This document shows, piece by piece, positions 1-13,979 of a stretch of DNA of 64,000 nt. The stretch covers positions 14,694,001 to 14,758,000 of the forward strand of contig CM022674.1 in assembly GCA_012295275.1 (NCBI GenBank), given 5' to 3'. The first letter of the stretch is position 1. The number at the start of each line of letters is the position of its first letter. The translations under genes and the position numbers were made by a program. The notes below the pieces were generated by a model. That model had not been told where the DNA came from and made no database searches. It was given only the letters and a program-made list of their open reading frames with translations. Source of the stretch: Chrysomallon squamiferum. Lineage: Eukaryota > Animalia > Mollusca.

Positions 1-14
1 GTTGTTTTGTTTAG

Positions 15-143
15 ACTGAGTGGTTGGCTGATGCCTCCATTGAAAGAGCAGTACGTATCAGAAAGGACAGTACAAGCTGTATTAACTGATCAGCCATTGT
101 TAGTGTTACCTCCCTTTATGTACCTCTTCATCTCATTTTTAAG
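15..143 (+). CDS. Penultimate exon of an SDR16C-family short-chain dehydrogenase (RDH10/SDR16C5-like); 5' part of gene lies outside the window
   Basis: ttttgtttAG acceptor (13-14) and AG|GTAACA donor (144). Open frame LSGWLMPPLKEQYVSERTVQAVLTDQPLLVLPPFMYLFISFL resembles the remembered RDH10 C-terminus ([32 protein letters not shown]). Not in the ORF track. Confidence 0.8.
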
Positions 144-378
144 GTAACAAAACTATTACCTCATCATTATTATTACTGTGAAACTATCACATTTGTTAGA
201 CATTTATTTTTACAAATAAACACATTTTTAAATAATTATAAACATGGTAAAATATTTTAAAGAATTTAAAAAATAAACATGATTCTAGATTTCAAGAAGC
301 AATATGCCTCCTTACAAAAAAAAAAAAAAAAAAAAAATTATATTCAAATTATTTTTTACTTTTTTATTTTTATTTCAG

Positions 379-472
379 CTGGACACCAAACAAAGTTGTT
401 CTTGAGATGGCAAAATTAACTGGACTAAGTTCAGCCATGGACTCTTTTCAAGGTCATCAGAAGGTTGAATAA
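379..472 (+). CDS. Terminal exon of the SDR16C-like dehydrogenase
   Basis: Strong acceptor tttttatttttatttcAG (377-378); joins the previous exon in phase 2 to give SWTPNKVVLEMAKLTGLSSAMDSFQGHQKVE*, TAA at 470-472. Confidence 0.8.
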
Positions 473-1142
473 AAATGTTATATACAAGTTTATTTGTGCT
501 TTCAGTAAGATTTAACAATTTGATACACAACATTTGTTTTATATCAATGTATTACAGAAATAAATTATTTTCCTAATATTGTCTTTTATTATTTTCTTTT
601 CATAATTTCTCAAACTTCATTTTCTCTGTCCAGTGAATGTGAATTTTATAAATAGCGGATTTGAAGGTCAGAGGTTACATTGCTTGTAAAAGTTCCGACT
701 ACAACAGTGTTACCTGAGCACTTACCCATCTGTTTCCCGTTCCAGCCATATACAAAATGAGTATTAACACAGTACACATTTCTCTGGGATTTAGAACATT
801 TCCTGAAGGCTGCAGTTGAATCCATAATTTTTTTTTTTTTTTTTTTTTTAAATCAAAAACATGTAAAAAAGGCTACACAAATATTATATTTAAGTTTTTT
901 ACCCGAAAAAACAAACAAAAACAACAATATATATATATATATATACCTCCTTGAATTACAATGCCTATGATTTTGAGGTTATAATATCCTGTTTGAAGAT
1001 GATTTAGAATTTCCATGATTATTGATATATTCCTTGATATCTTTGCAATGACATGAAATAAGTGTAACATCAAAATAAATCATGAGACATAGCAAAAATT
1101 AATATTTGATTAACTCATTACCTGCAGAATGTCAGTATCCCT

Positions 1143-1266
1143 GACTGGATGTTCAGGGTCACATTTGTCACAAATGTCACTTAATACTCGACTGGATGTA
1201 CAGGGTGACATTTGTCACAAATGTCACTTAATACTTGACTGGATGTTCAGGGTCACATCACTTAAT
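1143..1266. repeat. ~48-bp tandem repeat, ~2.5 copies
   Basis: gactggatgttcagggtcacatttgtcacaaatgtcacttaatact repeated. Confidence 0.8.
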
Positions 1267-3094
1267 TATTTCTGGGTAGATGCAGTCAATAAAAAAGTAT
1301 TTTATAGATATAAAACAAAACGAACAACAAAGTGTAGAAGGCTTTGCATGTTTTATTATATATATATATGTAAAATGAATACCACAAAAGCACATAAAGA
1401 CAGGGACACCTACAAAGCAGAGAATGAAAACATGCACGCACACACACACATTTATGTACAACTGTTGACATCCGAGCAAATACTGTGACATACTTGCTAT
1501 ACCGAGACAGAGACTGAACAGTTAATTGGTGTAGTATATCAAGTGTACAGACAAAACATGGATGATTTCTATTCACATTAAATTAATAAAACTGTCAGCT
1601 TACAAATCTGTCAATAGCAAAGATACATTTTTTCTAACAATAATAACACAATAACAAAATCTAATTCTGTTATCAATAACCTGATAGTTTTTTTCTCTTT
1701 ATCATGTTAATATGTGCATAAACAAAAGGCACTCACTTTAAAATCAGTAATAAAACTCAACACATAGTGCAACAACAGTTTTATAAAATCATTGATGACA
1801 ACTTAAATTTCATACACTGTAATAAAAAAATCTATTCAGACTGAGTCATTGTTATTTTTTATGCTAAACACTAACTACAGAACTAAGCGTATTTGTTTAC
1901 TTGTATAAAAAGATTTTCTAGGTACACTGGATATTTTTAATTCAGTTGTAAAATGTTTTTGTTGTCAGCAGTTTCTGTAGTGCAGAGCTTATAATTTGAT
2001 AAGATGAGCAGAGTGATTACTCAGAGTCGAAGCAATACACAGTGATTCTGAGTTAACAGTGACTGAGTGAGGAACATTGTTAACTGAAGTAAGAACTGTG
2101 ATAATGGATGACAGCTTGAGAAAGATAATTAATGAGTGACAATTTATCACCAGTGTTAAAATGACTTTCAGCTTTCCAAAAGAACAGTTTTTATTTTCTT
2201 CAAATTGTAAATATTAGTATATGTAAATAATTAAACAAGATTTTAATAAACAAGATTTTAGAAAATATATTTTCCTTCTTTAATATTTCCACAATTTAAA
2301 CACTAAAAAACTGAATTCACAAAATTTTGAAAACAATGAAGAAAGCAGAGGAGTTAGAGAAAAACTTCAAATTTATATTTCATGTAAATTAACAAAATCA
2401 TGATTATAAAACAGAAATTAAAATAATTCCTGTACATTCACACTTATTTTTCAGTGTTTTACATAGCACCAACAATAAATTAAAAATTACATTCCTTTGT
2501 AATAAAATTTCATTAATAAAATAAAATAAAAATATTTGTCAATCAAAATATTTAATAACTGATTCAAAAAAGCTCACATAAAATTGTACATATCTTTTTC
2601 TCATCTTCTCTAATCCAAATTGATTTTAAAATAAATTCTTAAACAGAAATCAATGTCATGTTATTAGCTTACCTGTACAATGGCATTATATAATAACAGA
2701 AAAAAGAAGAAAGGAAAAAAATCCGACAATAATTGTCTTCAGTTTTCTAACTGTAACCTATTTTCCACCTTGTTAAACTCATACACTGTATGCCAGATTA
2801 AAATGAAATTTGAAATTATTTTTAAAAGAAAACAAATAGAACTTATAACAGCCTTAAACTACAAATTAATTTTAAGTAATTTTAATATTTTAACTTCTCT
2901 CTTTGAGCATGTTTATAACATAATCCCAAAATCTTAACAAAGAGAAAACCTGTTTCCCGAAACAGAAAAGAAAATAACTTATTTAGTAAGACTGTTTTTA
3001 ATACACAACTTAAAGCAAAGCAAACATGGTTTTAAAAGCAAAGATTTGACTAAGACACACAAAGCTAAATAACTTAGACCACAATGACACTGAC

Positions 3095-3540
3095 TAAATA
3101 AATAGTCATTATCAGTGACTCAGTTAGCCAGATAAATAATCATTATCAGTGATTGGTTTATCCAGATAAATAATCATTATCAGTGATAGGTTTATCCAGA
3201 TAAATAATCATTATCAGTGATTGGTTTATCCAGATAAATAATCATTATCAGTGATAGGTTTATCCAGATAAATAATCATTCTCAGTGACTGAGTTATCCA
3301 GATAATAGTCATTATCAGTGACTGAATTAGTCAGATAAATAGTCATTATCAGTGACTGATTTATTGAATTAAATAGTAATTATCATTTAATGATTGTTCC
3401 ACATAATCATTGTTACCAGTTTATCCAGATGATTATCAATTATTAATTTATCCTCATAGTCATTATCAGAGACTTGACTTGTCTTGATAAATTTAATAAT
3501 CATTATCTGAGATTATTTTATTCATAGTAATTATAAGTGA
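3095..3540. repeat. 34-bp minisatellite, degenerating rightwards
   Basis: tatccagataaataatcattatcagtgattggtt; copies at 3131 and 3165 give the period. Confidence 0.85.
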
Positions 3541-6503
3541 ATATTTATACATATAAAGTCATCAAGATTTTAATGCAGGTAAAATGAAAAGGCATTATAC
3601 AGTAATATGAATCAGTCATGTAGAACATCAAACACTGTTTATGGATTAAGGTAGTTCTATCACATTTACTGTTTATCTTTCAAACAATTTTACAATCAGC
3701 TCTGGGTAACTAACACTTTAAAAAACAGAATACTGCTGTATAACCAACAGATCAGAAAATAACCTTTTTAAAGAGAGATTCAAATTATTAAAATGTTTTC
3801 ATCAAATTCAGTTCAAACACGTTTGTTGTCTGCTAAAAGTCAGATGTCATTAGTTGTTTTTATTACAGCTGATGTTAAAAATAATATGTAATAAAACATT
3901 TTCATGATCAACAATTCTTGTAGTTCAATGTTTTAAATATAAATGTGACCTCCTAGAATTATACTGTGTGTTTCTAATACTGGTGTTTACTTATTAATAA
4001 ATGAAACTAAGTACATATGTAGCTGTATTTACTTATTAATAACAAGTGATATTACATAACATTTACATAACAAAAAATAAATCCCTATGCTTACAGTTTT
4101 CAGTACAGAAAAAAGTAGTTATCCAGAGCTGAATATTACCATGGCTGAAGTCAAATTAAAAAAATATATATATAAAATGAAAGAGTTGATGATAAACACT
4201 TTGAGCAAGAACTGGCATTGTGATAACAAGATGTCTGAAACATCACAAGTGTAAAGTTAAAAGTCACAGAAAACTTTTACTTAATCCAACCATCAAACAC
4301 AATTATTACTATTATTATTATTATTATTATTATTTTTTTGTTGCTGTTGTCAAATAATTAGAAATGAATGAAGATTCCATTTTTAAACAATACATGACAC
4401 ATCCATTCTAATGTTTACTTCACATTTAACAATTGTACATACATTATTTACCAGTGTCTAGTTGTTTATGCATTCTCACTTCATCTAAAACACACATTAA
4501 TTACAACACATATATTATTTACCACTTAATGTACATTAAAATAAAATGTTAAATTCTTATAGTTGTAAAATCAGGTACAATATTTTAAAATCAAATCAAA
4601 GGATCTGATCGCTCCACATCAAAAAAAAAAAAATTAAAAAAAATTTAAAAAAAAAAAAGAAAAGGAATGAAAGACAGAAAAAAGTATTCTATCTAAAATG
4701 TACAAAGTATATTTAACTGTTTGCTAAGATACAAAATTAAACAAGTTTTGCTTACTTTTTGCATTTTCCAAAATCTGTCATGTTGTTGTTTTTTAAAACT
4801 AAAATTAAGTTTAAAAAAACTCTTGGTTTCCTCTGAGATTTTACTTTAAAGAAATGATTAATAAATACTGATTATTTTGTCACAAGAGGAAACAGTTTTC
4901 AGTCTGACAATAAATGAGAGACATTATATACCATAATTTTAAAACACTGTAGTCAATACTTCAAAGAACTGCAATTAAAACTTATTGTCTGTGTGTGTGT
5001 GGAAATCACCATAGTGATCAATAAATTATTTTCAATACAAGTGTTAATATATACAAGTCTAACATAAATAAAACAAATTTACAAAATAAAAAAAGAAATA
5101 AATAACAAGATGTAATTTGTTTGCTATTGCACTATGCCATACACTGGCTTGCTTTAAGCCAATTCACCATTTCATGGTTGCCTACACTAAGTGTATGTGC
5201 AACCAAGCAAATCCAACATGTTTTCAAAACTCAGGCCATTTATTTCTCAAACCTACAGAGATTTTTTTTCTCCATTTTATCAAAATTATTATCTCATAAC
5301 TTACAAAAATATGGAAATGCTTGTTAGTTTTAGTTTCAACAACAGTTACAATCATACAGGCATACACTAAGCCAACACATTTAAAAAATAAATAAAAGTC
5401 ATGTCAAAACTAAAAATAAAGTGCAGTGAAATAAAAGAAATATATTTGGCAAATACATTCACTTGGTCTTATTATTTTAAAAAATTGTATTTTTAAAACA
5501 AGTTTTTTTGAGTTTTGAATTGTGGTAATTTCAATTATTACTAATATATATATATATATTTTTGTTTTGTTTTGTTTAAATATCCTGGGTATGTGTATGT
5601 GTGTATATCTTGTAAATGTTTTTTGGCCTGACCAATGAGAAGTGAGAGATTTGGTTCTTCCTGTGACTAGTTTTAAAACACCTCAGATTACATGGGCAGG
5701 GCTGAGTAAGGCCAATCATTTTTACCTGATATGTTAAACCATTTTACAGCAAATTCCTTTACGAAAAAGTTAATTATAAAAAATGATTCTTCTTTCATAA
5801 AACTTTGTTTTACAGTTTTAACAGATATTTCATAGTTTGTTATTTAATTAAAAGGTAAATGTATCAGTGTTTTTTTAACATATATAATTATGGTCTAACC
5901 TGTGATATTTCTTGTAAAGGATATAACAAATATGGATTATTTCATCTTAAACAGAGTTCATTTTGATCTTATAACAGCAAGAGAAATAAAATAAAATCTC
6001 TTCTCAATCCATATTTCTAATACAATAAACTTGTCAGTGAAATTTTAAGAATTTAAATGAATATGATTGGGATTATCTGAATTGCACATTACAAATTTCT
6101 AGACATAAAACAAGACTGATTGTAAAAATGAAGTCAGCAGTTTTGAAATTTGTTTTCACTGATCACAAAGCTGGTTTTAACTAATACACCATGTTAAAAA
6201 ACTGACAGTGCGCTGTTCGTTGGTGTAAATATTTGCTGTATTCACAAGCCATATAAAAAATGCTTAGTAACTCACAACCATGATTAACATATACATTTTT
6301 TTTTCCGTAATTATAATGTTACTGTGATCTCAAATATTAATATTAAAATTCCAAATGTTTAAAAAATCTTTTCCTAAAGAAGAATGTAAATTAATATGAA
6401 AAAAAAAAAACTGTATTCATTGAGAATAGATTTGTACTTAGTGACATTAGAGATAAAGTAAATGAACTGCCCACTGAAAAAGTTGTACTAGGGAGACTGA
6501 AGG

Positions 6504-6634
6504 CTAGGACTGATATAGGAGGTAACACTTTAGTGAATTTGGAAGGGGAAGGCGATGAATTTCATGCAGCTTGTTCTTTCCTAACTGTTGTCTCACAGAT
6601 CTTCTGCAAATATCCATCAGGGGCAGGGGTTCAG
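6504..6634 (-). CDS. gus: SPSB/gustavus terminal coding exon (SOCS box)
   Basis: Minus-strand acceptor ttattctttcAG (6635-6636); phase 1 gives PEPLPLMDICRRSVRQQLGKNKLHEIHRLPLPNSLKCYLLYQS*, a typical SOCS box; TAG at 6504-6506. Confidence 0.93.
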
Positions 6635-6769
6635 CTGAAAGAATAAGTTTAGATAATTGTAAACTTCATGCTAAATACAATAATGAATAACTCATGTTAC
6701 ACATCTCAGCACACTGGCCATGTACAGTGAAAAACAGTTTGCCATCAGGATATTTACATATCCAGACAC

Positions 6770-6909
<140 letters not shown>

Positions 6910-7572
6910 ACATACCAGCGTGTTTATAAAGCAGATGAGGAAAAACAGGCCAGCAGGAAATAATTCAGTGTGAGAAAGACATACTACTCATAGGTCAATT
7001 CTACAAGTGAAAAAACACACACTTAGAGATCAATAATCAGTGTGTATAAATCAAAAACAGCTAACAACTACCTTAGCCTCTAGACAACACTGTCCTCTAA
7101 GAGTTGCTGACAGTTTATATTAGGTCTTTTAACTACAAAGTTCCAAAAACAAGTAACATTTTCTGCAGATCTTAGAAAGTAATTATTAGGATGTGCAAAC
7201 TTCCAAATTAACCCACATGTTAACACTAGAAATTGTTATTCTGTGTTAGATAAATGTCTTTATATATTACAGAAACTCTTGTGACATGAAACTGACAACA
7301 GCTGTGTGACATTTCATTGTGAACTATTTCCTGTTTTTAAAATATCACTCACAATCTCATAACATTACTTTATTCAAACAAGCACACCAGTATATCACCA
7401 AGTCTCCAAAAACAAGAATTTACTGCTTCTAACCAAACTGAGTAATTGAAACAGATGAATATGAACCTTTTAGAATAACAAATAATTAACAATTACAAGT
7501 TCTGATAACATTAGTGAAACAAGATTTGTAGTATTTAAACAATGTAAAAACAAAACAAGAACGGATACTTAC

Positions 7573-8278
7573 GATCCAGCCCACCAATGTAGCGCATGGT
7601 GATTTCACAATGACCCCAAACTGCACTGACTATTGGATAAAGTTTTTTTCCTTTTAAACCTCTGAAAGCCACACCTAAATACTGTCCTCCCACCACGAAG
7701 CTTAGAGTCCCTTCGTCCATATCCATGACAACAAGGAACGTGTCAGGAACAACAAAGTTCTCGTCAGAATTTAGCAGTGTGGGGTAGGTGAGCCCAGGGT
7801 TGTTTTTCATATCATGATACAGCTTGTTTCGCCCCAGGTCCCACCCCCATGATTCTTTGTTACTACCCACTAGAGACTGGTAGCCTACACAGTGTAGAGG
7901 AGCGTCAGCAGTGGCCACGCCAACAACGGCGTGCGTTCCCCGTTGTTGTGTACTCCACATCACTTCCCACACATGAAGTCCCCGAGTGTAGCCAACCCGG
8001 CCACGAATGCAGTCTGTGCTTTGTGCCACAGGGTGGCGATGAAACGTCATCATGTCGTCTTCCTTAACAAACACGTTGAGCGAGCGGTCGTCTGCGTTCC
8101 AGGCGTGAGACAGCTGAACCTCGCGCGTCGCGGGAGGCATGTCGAGAAGCGCATCCAGTCGACTGGGTTTTTGAAAATCGGGGTTGTATGCTGGCTCACG
8201 GTTTATTGCCTTGTACGTCGGCTCTCTGGAATTAGAAATTGTTTTGATGCCACCGGAAACCTTCTGACCCATGTTCAT
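7573..8278 (-). CDS. gus: SPSB1/SPSB4-like SPRY/B30.2 and SOCS box protein (gustavus), main coding exon
   Basis: [13 protein letters not shown]...[15 protein letters not shown]...[12 protein letters not shown]...[23 protein letters not shown] closely matches remembered Drosophila Gustavus/SPSB1. ATGs at 8278 and 8272; donor C|GTAAGT at 7571-7572; exon acceptor at 8387-8388. Spliced protein is 276-278 aa. The ORF track's upstream start and C-terminal tail are 5' UTR/intron read-through. Confidence 0.96.
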
Positions 8279-9065
8279 AGCTTTACTTAGCACCACAAAC
8301 ACATCCACGAATCTGTGCTACACACAACACAGGCCAACAACGTCCCTTGTGTTGACAACTGACTGGCTGCAAGTGACCTACTCTTCCTGAAATAACAACA
8401 CAGTGAAAACATCAATTTTCTAAATAAATCTGTTGTTTTTCTTCAATCACAATAATTGTTAGATATCATTTTACTAGTTATTATTTTTTAATTAAAACAA
8501 TCTTTTTAAAAAATGTTTTAAAAACAATAATTTATTGTTTCAGTAACAATATTAATTATACACTGATCATGTTTACATAACACATTAATAATAATTAAAA
8601 ATAATAGACTAATTAAAATAATACATAAATCTCATTTTAAAATGCTTCAGTGCATTTTTGACTAATTCAATCAACAAAACATTAGAAAAGGAAGAAATGT
8701 ACAGTTAATTTATTGAATTTATATTTACCCATAATGTACACAGGATACTACTACCAAATGAAATAAGCTAATTTGTGTAATAGTAATGAAATCATAGGCT
8801 AATTTGTAAAGCTGTAAGTAGAAACATTTACATGTTAAATGAAATTATATGCTAATTTATGTAGCTATGAATAAACATTTTGTATTTATTATAGTGTTTG
8901 TGTGTATTCTGCCAATATGGGTAACACAAACACAACAAGATGTATTATATACAAAATATGTCACTGTTACACAAGTATTTTATATGCGAATGTAATCAGC
9001 ATTTTTATTTCAATCACCAGTTACTGTGTTGTTTTGTGTATGTGTCTGTATACAAACACAAAATG

Positions 9066-9358
9066 GAGTGGAACCTTGACGTATGATTTGTTCCCAGACC
9101 AAGCTCGTAACTCAAAATAGCTCGTATATCAAATCAGTTTTCCAAAATGAAATTAACTGAAATACCATTAATCCAATCCAGAACCAAAAAACCACCCCAT
9201 TTTTTTGTAACGTTTTTAAATAAGAAAAATGTATGTACGAATGACAAATATTGTATCTCAAGCTCACTTGTAACTCAAAGCAAAAACTCAACTAGGTGGC
9301 TGCTTGTAACTCGAAAAACTCGCAAGTTGGAGCCCTCATAACTTGAGGTGCCACCGTG
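9066..9358. mobile_element. Degenerate pogo/Tigger-type MITE
   Basis: Left end gagtggaaccttgacgtatga and right end cataacttgaggtgccaccgtg are imperfect inverted repeats of the CAGTGG(A/T)ACCTCGA type; internal ctcgtaactc motifs; same terminal style as the element at 63565. Confidence 0.6.
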
Positions 9359-9600
9359 TGTCTAACTGTCTAACTCAAGGTACCACCGTGTGTCTAACTG
9401 TCTAACTTGAGGTACCACTGTGTGTCTAACTGTCTAACTCGAGGTACCACCGTGTGTCTAACTGTCTAACTCGAGGTACCACCGTGTGTCTAACTGGAGG
9501 TACCACAGTGTGTCTAACTGTCTAACTGGAGGTACCACAGTGTGTGTCTAACTGTCTAACTCGAGGTACCACTGCGTGTCTAACTGTAGGTACTACTGTG
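9340..9600. repeat. 32-bp tandem array (~8 copies) containing the MITE right terminus
   Basis: aactcgaggtaccaccgtgtgtctaactgtct; tcgagg at 9439 and 9471. Confidence 0.9.
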
Positions 9601-11216
9601 TCTCGCAGAATCACAAAAATAATTAATAAGTAACAGCTGCAAGTTTCTTCTTTTAAACAAATTTACATTTACTTTACTCAACAAAAGAAATATTTCAGTA
9701 AAGATTTAAAATTATTTTGAACTTCTGTTTATAAATAAATTATGGAAATTACACAGTAACATGACTGATCAATTACTTTAAAACATGTTACCTACTAACA
9801 GCAACTAGTAATTACATGTCACAGCTTACACATGGGAGGGGAGGGGGGAGTCATGTCACACTGCAGACTGTAAGTTTTAAAATGTTTACAGACATATCAG
9901 CACTTTACTATTAAAGATATGGACAGATTTACTTGCAGAAAGATTTAATTAATAGAATAACAAAAAGTAAATAAGTAAACAAACAAAGCAAATAAATACA
10001 TATATAAAAAACTAGGAAGTATACACTCTCCATTAAAAACCCACAAAAAATACAAGTTTTATTGACAATCTATAAATAATATTATTTTATGTACACCCTC
10101 ACCTAAACAATAATAAAGTAAATTAAAGAAAGATATCTGTATTGTTAAGTATGACTAGAGGTATTTAAAAAAAAACATAAAAAGTAAATTTTGCTCAGGC
10201 AAAATTACCTTTTGATTTTCCCCCACAAACACCTAACAATAAAACAGAAATGCTAAAATTATGATGTACAGGCAGTTGTGAAGCAGATAAATCTAATTTG
10301 CATGAATACTACGAACTAACGAATCTAAATACCACACACTAGAACTGTCAGGAACCAAACACATAAAAAATACAAATGACAATACAAAAACATTTCATCA
10401 AGAGTGAATAACTTAACAAGTAGGGATTTCTTAAATTTTTGTTTTTGTTTGTTTTGTTTTTTAATTAAATATTCTTACTTATTCTGTATAAACTTGACTA
10501 AATATTGAAACAAAATTAAAACTAAAATTTATTTTAATTTAAATAATTATAGAAAAAGGAAGCTGTTTTCACAATGAGGACTGTTTAACTGTTTAACTTA
10601 CTATATTTAAAAAACAAATACTTAAATAATCTACAATTTACTTCATAACTTGAATATAACTTATTTTAATACATCTAAAAGCAGTTTTTAAGTTATGAAA
10701 CAAACATAATAAAATTGATTTATATGTTCATATTTGATACAACAATGAAAAATACACATGTAATTTAATATTATTTTTCATAATTTAAGTACATTAGTAT
10801 TTTTAGGGTTTTTTATTTTTTTAAATAACATGTTTATGTAATACATTATTTACTATATAATCAAGCAGCTCATTATATCTGCTGCATCAATCAACAGTGA
10901 AATTATATTTATTACTTGAAAAATTCTGATATTTATTTCTGTATTTCTCATCTGAAACATTACTTTCAGTTCAGAGTACTGAACAATTTCACGAATAACT
11001 AAATAAATAAATAAACAATAATAAAAATATTCAGTGACATCAATGTTTTGAAATTACTTAGCTCAAGATAATTTCATTTTTTGTTTTACATTATTATTAC
11101 TTGATAGACAATGTGAGACATAACTAGTGTTATTACTTTAATATAATTCAGAAAACCTTAAATTGCACGCACTTTTGTTAAATTCCACTGATGCTGCATC
11201 TCAGTTTTGATTTTAG

Positions 11217-11500
11217 TAAATCACATTTTGTTACATTTATTTTAATTTATATTTTAGTAGATCACATTCTGTTACTTTTATTAAAAGTTATACTGGTGAT
11301 GTTATTTATATTTTAATAGATCACATTTTTTGTCTCATTTATCTAAATTTATACTGGTGATATTATTTATATTTTAATAGATCATAGTTTATTACATTTA
11401 TTTAAATATATACTGGTGATGTTTTTTATACTTCTGTAGACCACATTTTGTCACATTTATTTAACTATGTCACTTATGTTTTAGTTGATCACATTTTACA
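11217..11500. repeat. Degenerate ~60-bp tandem repeat
   Basis: agatcacattttgttacatttatttaaatttatactggtgatgttatttatattt-like units, ~5 copies. Confidence 0.7.
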
Positions 11501-12489
11501 TTTAACAAAATTAACACGAATATATCATCAAATACTTTGTCAGCATCATGTAAAAATAATGTAAAAATAACAGTTTAGAGTATGTGAATGACAGAACTGG
11601 GTCACTATTTAACAATCTGAGGCTGATTTTGTCATGTTTTTGTGAATTAAAATTTAATGTGACTTTCTAAAATTATATTTTGTTTTCAGCATTAACAAGA
11701 GGTACCTACAGACATAATTCTTTTAAATTTTCTGGATCTGATCATAATTATATGAAGTCATAAATGAATAAAAAGACCCCAACACAAAGAAATTCTTTTA
11801 AGTTTTATACCAACAAAATAATAAAATAATAGAGAATATTTATAATAATAATAATAATAATAGAATGAAAAATCAAACCCAAAGCAAATAAAATACATTC
11901 ATTTTCCTATTTATCAATAAACAATTAAGTATGCAGGAAATATGTCTATCATTTTATTATAAAAATGTTTTTATTAAATTTGGAAACTCATGAAACGTAT
12001 TTACCGTATGTACATAACAGGAAACAGCTCAAATAATTGTAACAAAGCAATACTTTGTTGTAAACTGTTAAACGTTCACTTTAAATTAACTTTTAACGTG
12101 AATAGCGAGTATACTCAGTATGTATTAAACAATTCCATGTGATAAAATGTGATCTACTGATAAGTAAATAAACGTACAAGCATAAACCAGTTGCTCACTG
12201 AATCAAAAATATAATAAAATTAGTGTAATAATCGATTTTAAAAAGAAATATCTAACACAGGATATTGACAAAGTAGATTCTGTTCTTACTAAAATAAAGA
12301 ATCACCATAGCCTTTGTTGTCAAGTCAAACCTTTGTCATGTTTTTTCTTTGTTGAGACAAACCCTTCATATGTTTTGGTTTTCTTGTATAACACGTTATA
12401 CTTCTCTTTTATGGTACTTTATGTTTAAAATAAGCAATATTTTTTGCATCCAAAGGCAAGAACAAGAAAGCACTGAAAAATGACAGCTA

Positions 12490-12845
12490 ATACATTGCCC
12501 GTCTGTCGCCATATGTGCCCGAATAGGGCCGCGTCATATGCGACACAAAAACACTGCTCACAAAAAATTTGTGAAATGGTCTCTTACCGTCATATAATAC
12601 CCTTTTAAACATTTGGAATGAAAGGCTAAATGTAGCCCTTTTCTTTGTAGGGCAGGGATGAACATCAGAAATCAAGTTTGTATAAAACAAGCCTATTAAT
12701 GTCACTCACATTATCCACGGTCAGCCCCAGATACCATAATAGAAAACTAATATGGCCACCTAATTCAGTGTATCACGTGACCAGCAATATACGTGACGTC
12801 ACAGTGGGCATTTGCTTTCTCTGGTTTGTTGCTTCGTGTCTCAGT
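12490..12845. promoter_or_regulatory. CpG-retaining putative promoter, probably of SPSB/gustavus
   Basis: Local CpG cluster in CpG-poor DNA; E-box TCACGTGA (12773-12780); CRE palindrome GTGACGTCAC (12793-12802); minus-strand donor ACG|GTAAGA at 12583-12590 could end a non-coding first exon. Confidence 0.55.
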
Positions 12846-13697
12846 TATAGAACTGACTGTTGGTATTATAATTTTTGTCAGAAACTATTTATTATAATTA
12901 ATTATACCATATTTAAATTAGTTACAGTTGCAATTAAATTTGTAATGAATGTTTTGAAAATAACAAGGTGGGTGTGGTAGTAAAATACAATTGAACCACT
13001 GTATAATGACCACATACAGGCCTATATGAGATGAAACTGGTCGTTTTAGACAGATGTCTATATATGTTAGGCTAAAAAAAGAAATAAGAATTTAAAAAAA
13101 TTAAATAAAAAAAGAAGAAGAAACAAACAAACAAAGAATAAAAAGTAATAGTAATGGTAATGTCTCACAAACATAGATGACATTAAGACATTACTGAAAT
13201 GAGTGTGAAAGTTATCAAGTTTGATGTGACTGAGCTTAGAATGTTAAACTATCAATGACTACATCAGTCCCCTTCACCAGGTGTTTTCCTGTTCAAACCA
13301 GCTTGATCAAATACTGAGGTATGTGCTGTCATGTCAGGTGTTAATCAGTAGGAGTAATCATCAGCAGGTTTATCTTTTGAGCATCTCAGGTATTTTAATA
13401 TATGTAGTAACAATACAGGTGCAAAACAACATTTTTGATTTGATTGACTTTTTAATTTTTTTTTTTTTTTTGAGAGGTGTTGTAGGTTCTCACTGGAAAG
13501 AGCACCATAATAAATTCTCACAGGCTGGAATGTACTGTTTATGAGAAGGCACATACTAAAAAGTCCCTGTAATCTCTTTACTATCAGCTAGATGTCGTCG
13601 TTGTTGTTATTATACAACTCTGAGTGAGTGTAACTCATTGCATAATGCATTTTTTAGTGCACAAATTAGTATTTCCCTGATTTTGATCTTTTTCTAT

Positions 13698-13781
13698 GTG
13701 CACACACGCACACATGCACACACATGCACACATGCACACACATGCACACATGCACACATGCACACACATGCACACACACAT

Positions 13782-13854
<73 letters not shown>

Positions 13855-13860
13855 CACATG
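13698..13860. repeat. (CACACATG)n/(CA)n compound microsatellite
   Basis: Direct inspection. Confidence 0.95.
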
Positions 13861-13979
13861 TCAGGTTCTCATTAAGTGAACTACAGTCACCACGTAACAG
13901 CCTTGCAGCTCCGCAGTGTTGAACTTGTCACGTTTCAGTGCTCTGCATCATCATGTCAACAGCATCTAACAAGAATTTG

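Noticed and set aside
7849-8290. Plus-strand ORFs antisense to SPSB
   Set aside because: Shadow frames of a conserved coding exon.
13195-13560. Short ORFs and splice-like sites beyond the putative promoter
   Set aside because: No coherent exon chain or homology could be established by eye.
13856-13960. Possible C/D box snoRNA on the minus strand (ATGATGA...CTGA)
   Set aside because: Terminal stem does not fit a kink-turn, no rRNA complementarity recognised, and no host intron established.
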